A DNA stretch of 30,864 nt from positions 1 to 30,864 of the forward strand of contig JBDHKN010000059.1 in assembly GCA_039586365.1 (NCBI GenBank), given 5' to 3'. This document shows, piece by piece, positions 26,268 through 30,864 of this stretch. The stretch comes from Gemmatimonadota bacterium (GTDB taxonomy: Bacteria > Gemmatimonadota > Gemmatimonadetes > Gemmatimonadales > GWC2-71-9). A program made the translations under genes and the position numbers. Position 1 is the first letter of the stretch. Each line of letters begins with the position of its first letter. The notes below the pieces were generated by a model that did not search any database, was not told where the DNA came from, and saw only the letters and a program-made list of their open reading frames with translations.

Positions 26268-26957
26268 CTAGCCACGTTCTTGTTCCGCTGCCACGTCTTC
26301 CTCGAAGTCTGTTCCGACGTAGTGTGCTCCTTGGGCCTTGAGCGCCGGGTAGTGCTCCCTGAAGGCCGCGAGCATCTGCTCGAACGGGAGGTCGGAGAAC
26401 TGCCCGTGATCCCGCACGTACTCCATGTAGCGATTCCCCTGGAAGTCGAATTGCTGCAACATCGAATCGTGCAGCCCGTCAAACGCGAGCGGTGCGACGT
26501 TGCAGCGTTCGCACAGTGAGCTGTTGAATGCCGGCGTCGCCTTGACCCATGCGCCCTCGAGCAGCAGTTCGGTGTAACCGTGGAACACGAACAAGTCGGT
26601 TTGCATCAACCGTTTCAACTTCTCGGTCGTGAGGTGGTTCTTCACATCGGCGAACCCCAGCCGGCTGGGTATTCCCTGGGCTCGCGCTGCGGCCGCAAGC
26701 AGGATGGCCTTGGGAACGCAAAACCCATACCCCTTGGCCAACACGACACTGGCGCGCAGGGCCTCCGGCCGCAGGTCTATGCGGTAGGGGTCGTAGCGGA
26801 TGCCGTCGCGGACCGCCTGATAGAGCGCAACAGCCCTGCCTCTGTCAGTCGGATGGTCGCTGGCAACACTACTAGCGAATTCGCTGACCGCGGGATGGTC
26901 GCTATCGATGAACTGAGTGGGCCGCAGATACTCGGCGTGGTCCGCTGCAGCGCTCAT
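26268..26957 (-). CDS. Transglutaminase-like domain protein
   Basis: 'FIDSDHPAV', 'VRDGIRY', catalytic Cys in 'GFCVPKAILLAA', 'GIPSRLG' and His in 'FHGY'. Start overlaps the upstream stop. Confidence 0.85.
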   Translation of the reverse strand: MSAAADHAEYLRPTQFIDSDHPAVSEFASSVASDHPTDRGRAVALYQAVRDGIRYDPYRIDLRPEALRASVVLAKGYGFCVPKAILLAAAARAQGIPSRLGFADVKNHLTTEKLKRLMQTDLFVFHGYTELLLEGAWVKATPAFNSSLCERCNVAPLAFDGLHDSMLQQFDFQGNRYMEYVRDHGQFSDLPFEQMLAAFREHYPALKAQGAHYVGTDFEEDVAAEQERG

Positions 26958-28204
26958 CGTCGGGCAGTGACCGACTCTACTGCCCCGAGGACCTCCTGCT
27001 CAGTGAGGAGTCGCTCTGATTTCTTGGCCACTGCGAATACGGCCTCAACCACTTCGTCATCGCTCGGCAAACCTCGTGCGTTGAGATAGAAGAGGACGTT
27101 GGAAGTACCCGACATGTGGCCTATTTCGATCTCTTGGGCGCGGCCGATCCAACTGGCGGGGACCCCTGAGTAGACCCGGTCGGCCAGCCACGCCTCTCCC
27201 TTGCGCTGTGCCTTTATAACCGCGGCCGCATGCACTCCGGTCGCGGTGCGAAACGCGTCGCGGCCGATGATGGGTGTGTTGATCGCGATCGGCACGCCGA
27301 CGGCCTTGGACACGGTCTCGACATACTCAGGCAATCTGGTCAGATCGTCATCACGCCATCCGAGCAGCTTCAGGTTTACCAGGAGCTGTTCCATGGGCGT
27401 GTTGCCCACCCGTTCTCCCACGCCGAGGGCGGTTCCGTGGACCCGCGTGGCGCCGGCCTCCAGGGCAGCCAGCGTGTTGGCGAGATCGAGGCCACGGTCA
27501 CGATGCCCGTGCCAGTCGATACCCACTGTGTCGCCCACGCCGAGTTCGTTCAGCAGCTGCTTGACCCAGGTGACGAGGTTGGTCACACCTTTGGGAACAG
27601 CTGCACCGACAGTATCACACAGACAGACGCGGCCGGCTCCGGCCTCGATTCCGGCCGTCAGCAGCACTTTCAGGTGTTCGGGAGTGGCACGTACCGTGTC
27701 CTCAGTCACGTACATCACTTCGAGGCCCTCTCCCACCGCAAACTCCACCGCCTCGCGGGTGTGGTGCAGGACATGCTCCAAATCCCATTCCTCGGCGTAC
27801 TGCCGGATCGGGCTACTGCCGATGAACACGCACGTCTCGATCGGCACGCCGGTCTTCTGCACCACGTCTGCTATCGGTTGGATGTCGACGATCATTGTCC
27901 GCGCCGCGCAGTTTGCCTTGATGCTGAGCTTGGCGTCGGCGATTTCGCGACACAGTCGCTCGACCGCGTCACGTTGTCTGGGCCCGGAACCCGGCAGTCC
28001 AACATCGGCCGTCTCGATGCCGAAGCTATCCATCAAATGCAGGATCTTGATCTTCACATCTGTCGGCGGGTCAATGACCGAAGGACTCTGCAAGCCATCC
28101 CGGAGGGTCTCATCGTCGAGCATGGCCATGCGCGGTGGTTGCACGTCTCTGCCACCGGCGGTGGACCAGTCATACATGAGCCGGTCTTCGGAAGGAGCGA
28201 TCAC
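26954..28204 (-). CDS. leuA: DRE-TIM acyl-CoA condensing enzyme, short-form 2-isopropylmalate synthase / homocitrate-synthase-like
   Basis: 'DETLRDGLQ', 'LCDTVG', 'HGHRDRG', 'GVGERVGN' and 'GRDAFRTATGVHA'. At 416 aa it lacks the C-terminal regulatory domain. Substrate is not certain. Confidence 0.7.
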   Translation of the reverse strand: MIAPSEDRLMYDWSTAGGRDVQPPRMAMLDDETLRDGLQSPSVIDPPTDVKIKILHLMDSFGIETADVGLPGSGPRQRDAVERLCREIADAKLSIKANCAARTMIVDIQPIADVVQKTGVPIETCVFIGSSPIRQYAEEWDLEHVLHHTREAVEFAVGEGLEVMYVTEDTVRATPEHLKVLLTAGIEAGAGRVCLCDTVGAAVPKGVTNLVTWVKQLLNELGVGDTVGIDWHGHRDRGLDLANTLAALEAGATRVHGTALGVGERVGNTPMEQLLVNLKLLGWRDDDLTRLPEYVETVSKAVGVPIAINTPIIGRDAFRTATGVHAAAVIKAQRKGEAWLADRVYSGVPASWIGRAQEIEIGHMSGTSNVLFYLNARGLPSDDEVVEAVFAVAKKSERLLTEQEVLGAVESVTARR

Positions 28205-28321
28205 TATGATTTCCCCGTGTGTTGAGTAGTGGAACGGTATTCAGGAAACAGCCGTGGTTCCGAGCTGTTGCGTGTGACGAGTCGCTCGGCAGCTCGTCGC
28301 AACTAAAGATGCTCAATTTTG

Positions 28322-28476
28322 CGGCTTTCAGCTATTGGCTAACAGCTATGAGATATCGGCCATAGGGCAGCAGCTTTCAGTGACCTCGAGGACTCGCGCT
28401 GGGGCCGGTTGGCAGCGATCTTGTTTTCAGCTAAATACCGACAGATATCAGCGTTCAGCAGTCGGCTGCCAGCTGA
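28322..28476 (+). repeat. Degenerate 7-bp tandem repeats (CAGCTAT-like), two blocks
   Basis: CGGCTTT CAGCTAT TGGCTAA CAGCTAT GAGATAT CGGCCAT AGGGCAG CAGCTTT from 28322, and CAGATAT CAGCGTT CAGCAGT CGGCTGC CAGCTGA from 28442. Confidence 0.75.
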
Positions 28477-28516
28477 AGACTATCCAAACCCTGGAGGAGG
28501 ACAGTAAGGAGCCTGC

Positions 28517-29596
28517 ATGACTTCCTACAACATCGGCGTTCTACCTGGCGACGGCATCGGTCCGGAAGTGACCCGCGAAGGGCTGAAGGTGCTGGCAGCC
28601 GTATCCGCCGCCGAAGGATTCGAATACAAGCTCGTCGACTACCCCTACAGCGGCGAGTACTACTTGAAAACGAAGGAGTTGGTGCCGAATTCGGTGATTG
28701 ATGAGTGGCGTACGCTGGATGCGGTCCTGCTCGGAGCTATCGGACATCCCGACGTGGAGACAGGCCTGGTCGAGCGATCAGTGATTCTGGGCCTCCGCTT
28801 CGGGCTCGATCTCTACATCAATCTGCGGCCCATCAAGCTGTATGCCGAGCATCTCTGCCCCCTGAAGGGCAAGGGCCCCGCTGACATCGAGTTCGTCGTG
28901 GTGCGGGAGAACACTGAAGGGCTGTATTCGCAGGTCGGCGGCCATCTGAAAAAGGACACACCAGACGAGATAGCCATCATCAACGGCATCTACACCTGGA
29001 AAGGCTGTGAGCGAGCCTCACGCTACGCCTTCGAATTGGCGCGGAATCGCGGGGCCGAGCGCGGTGACGGCCGCAAGCCGACGGTCACCCTGGTGGACAA
29101 GGCCAACGCAGTGAGGCCACAGGATGTGTGGACCCGTGTGTTTGCCCACGTGGCCCAGGAATTCCCGGAGATCGCCACAGATCATGCATACGTGGATGCG
29201 TGCTGCATGTGGATGATCAAGAATCCCGAGTGGTTCGATGTCGTGGTAACGACCAACATGTTCGGCGACATCATCACCGATCTCGGGGCCATGCTCCAGG
29301 GAGGCATGGGAATCGCCGCATCCGGCAACATTCATCCGGGCAAGACCTCGATGTTCGAGCCGATCCACGGATCGGCTCCCAAACACGCTGGGAAGAACGT
29401 GGCCTGCCCGCTAGGGGCTATCGGAGCGGTGAGCATGATGTTGGATTTCCTGGGCGAGAAGCGCGCGGCGGCGCGTATCGAGGCTGCCGTGAGCGAGCTG
29501 CTGCAGAGCCGAGCCGTGCCATCGGCTGATGCCCGCAGCGGGATAGCCACCTCTGAGATGGGAGACATGGTGCTGGCGAAGCTGGGTGACAACTAG
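28517..29596 (+). CDS. leuB: 3-isopropylmalate dehydrogenase (beta-decarboxylating dehydrogenase family)
   Basis: AAGGAG RBS. Motifs '[10 protein letters not shown]', 'NLRP', '[10 protein letters not shown]', 'DKAN', 'NMFGDIITD' and '[10 protein letters not shown]'. Confidence 0.85.
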   Translation: MTSYNIGVLPGDGIGPEVTREGLKVLAAVSAAEGFEYKLVDYPYSGEYYLKTKELVPNSVIDEWRTLDAVLLGAIGHPDVETGLVERSVILGLRFGLDLYINLRPIKLYAEHLCPLKGKGPADIEFVVVRENTEGLYSQVGGHLKKDTPDEIAIINGIYTWKGCERASRYAFELARNRGAERGDGRKPTVTLVDKANAVRPQDVWTRVFAHVAQEFPEIATDHAYVDACCMWMIKNPEWFDVVVTTNMFGDIITDLGAMLQGGMGIAASGNIHPGKTSMFEPIHGSAPKHAGKNVACPLGAIGAVSMMLDFLGEKRAAARIEAAVSELLQSRAVPSADARSGIATSEMGDMVLAKLGDN

Positions 29597-29618
29597 CAGT
29601 CAGTAGCCGTCAGCCGTC

Positions 29619-30566
29619 TCAATACAAGTCGTCTAGGTCGTCTTCGCCTTCACCCGGCGGCATGTGGCCGTGTTGCTGCAGATACCGCTGTATCAGCTCG
29701 CTCTCGCGTTTGGAGTACATGGGGTCTTCGTCGTACAGGAAGAACCTGCCCTTGGTCGTAGTCCCAACGACCTCGGACAGCGCCGCCCTCAAGTCCGCCA
29801 CTCCCTTGATCGCGTAGGCGACCTTGGCGTCATCCAACAGCTGATACACTCCGGCGGACTCCGGCACGCGTGCAACGTTGTCCCCGGTGAGAGCCAGCCA
29901 GGGTTCGGGGGGACTCGGCACCGCGTGGATGAGCATCCGGAGGTCGCAGCGCAGACAGCGGTCCGCCTCGCGGATGGCGGCGGCGGGCTCGTAGCCGCCT
30001 GGGCCAGCCTTCCCGCAGCAGTCCTGTTGCTCCGGATATGTGACATAATCGTCGAACTGATGCTGCGTGTTGTTGATGAGCATGAACTGACTGTGAGACG
30101 GGACGGCTTGTAGCTCTTCCAGGGTGACGGTGACAATGCTGGCTTCGGGTTGGGGCATGCTCAGTGCACTGCCAGGGTAACGCCCGGCCGACAGCTCTTC
30201 GTCATTCGAAAAACCATCCCCATCAGAGTCATTCTCCTTGATTCCCTCGAGTGCCGCCTTGTTGCTCCCTGCGTCGAGATAATCAAGGCCGAACCGATTC
30301 AGCGTCTCCCCAGCGGTATGTCCGGTCCCATGAAGAATGAGATCGTGTCAGTTGTCGCACGAACTGCCGGCCAACTTGTGGTCCTCGATCTTGCCTAAGT
30401 GACAGGTCTGGCAGTCGTCAAGCCGAGTCCCGACTATTGAGGGATAGACGCCAACCAGGTTGTTGGCATCCACGTCAGCTTCATGTCCCCTATAAGATCG
30501 GGACGAGATCTAATCTGCGGCGCAGCTTAGAAGAATGCTCAAGGAGAAGAGCGTTACCAGTCTCAT
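29619..30566 (-). pseudogene. Chimeric, stop-interrupted reading frame: exported diheme cytochrome c N-terminus fused to a BzdV-like oxidoreductase C-terminal fragment
   Basis: One frame from ATG 30566 (overlapping the upstream TGA): MRLVTLFSLSILLSCAAD*ISSRSYRGHE...DDCQTCH...SCDN*H...DSDGDGFSNDEE...HSQFML...GYEPAAAIREADRCLRC...GVYQLLD...DPMYSKRESELIQ...DDLY. TAG at 30512-30510 and TGA at 30350-30348. Confidence 0.7.
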
Positions 30567-30864
30567 TCGGATTCTCGTTCCTCTTCTCGTTCCTTTCCAG
30601 AATCGGACACTTCGTGAATCACCCGCCGGTACAGCACCGAGTAGTGTCGGTAGCGGCCCGGCATGTGGGAGCCGACAGAACCGATCACGATCACTGCAAG
30701 CAGAATCGGCAGGCGATAATCCCAAGCCAGCGGCACGGCGCCTATCAGGGCCACTTTCGCCATCGTCATGACCCCGCGGGCCTGGTGAAACCAGAGCAGT
30801 CTAGGTCCAGCCTCGACCAAGGCCAATGCGAGTCCGGTGCCGATGGTCAGCCAGAGGCTCACCT
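30563..30864 (-). CDS. Partial (5'-truncated) hypothetical membrane protein
   Basis: Frame is open to the window edge, with hydrophobic helices and a 'GSHMPGRYRH' motif. The stop overlaps the next ATG (ATGA). Confidence 0.6.
   Translation of the reverse strand, partial: VSLWLTIGTGLALALVEAGPRLLWFHQARGVMTMAKVALIGAVPLAWDYRLPILLAVIVIGSVGSHMPGRYRHYSVLYRRVIHEVSDSGKEREEERESE

Noticed and set aside
28205..28320. Leu-rich leader-peptide attenuator upstream of leuA
   Set aside because: A hairpin is present, but there is no short ORF with a Leu codon run and no U-tract terminator on the minus strand.

Overview
GC-rich bacterial window, probably Gemmatimonadota (inferred from the PorV/PorQ-like barrel, the membrane-anchored BTAD-TPR regulator and the small lipoprotein). 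Most of it looks like a dispersed anaerobic aromatic amino acid / aryl-CoA catabolic region. It holds a PLP aminotransferase, a xanthine-oxidase-family enzyme resembling 4-hydroxybenzoyl-CoA reductase (2Fe-2S and Mo subunits fused), an atypical thiolase, a reversed HAD-ECH fusion, a PadBCD-like molybdoenzyme complex, iorAB, a short LeuA-type synthase, a LeuB-type dehydrogenase and a chimeric pseudogene (diheme cytochrome N-terminus plus a BzdV-like C-terminus). An accessory stretch at about 18.45-23.6 kb interrupts this region and is the most unusual part. It has a tRNA-Leu-shaped gene with a non-Leu (CGC) anticodon and a cis-encoded antisense copy able to pair with its 5' half. This element and a BTAD-TPR gene sit between two related 27-bp AT-rich quasi-palindromic sites, each with a different 21-bp-period tandem array on its outer side. 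All calls come from reading the sequence by eye; no database searches were run.
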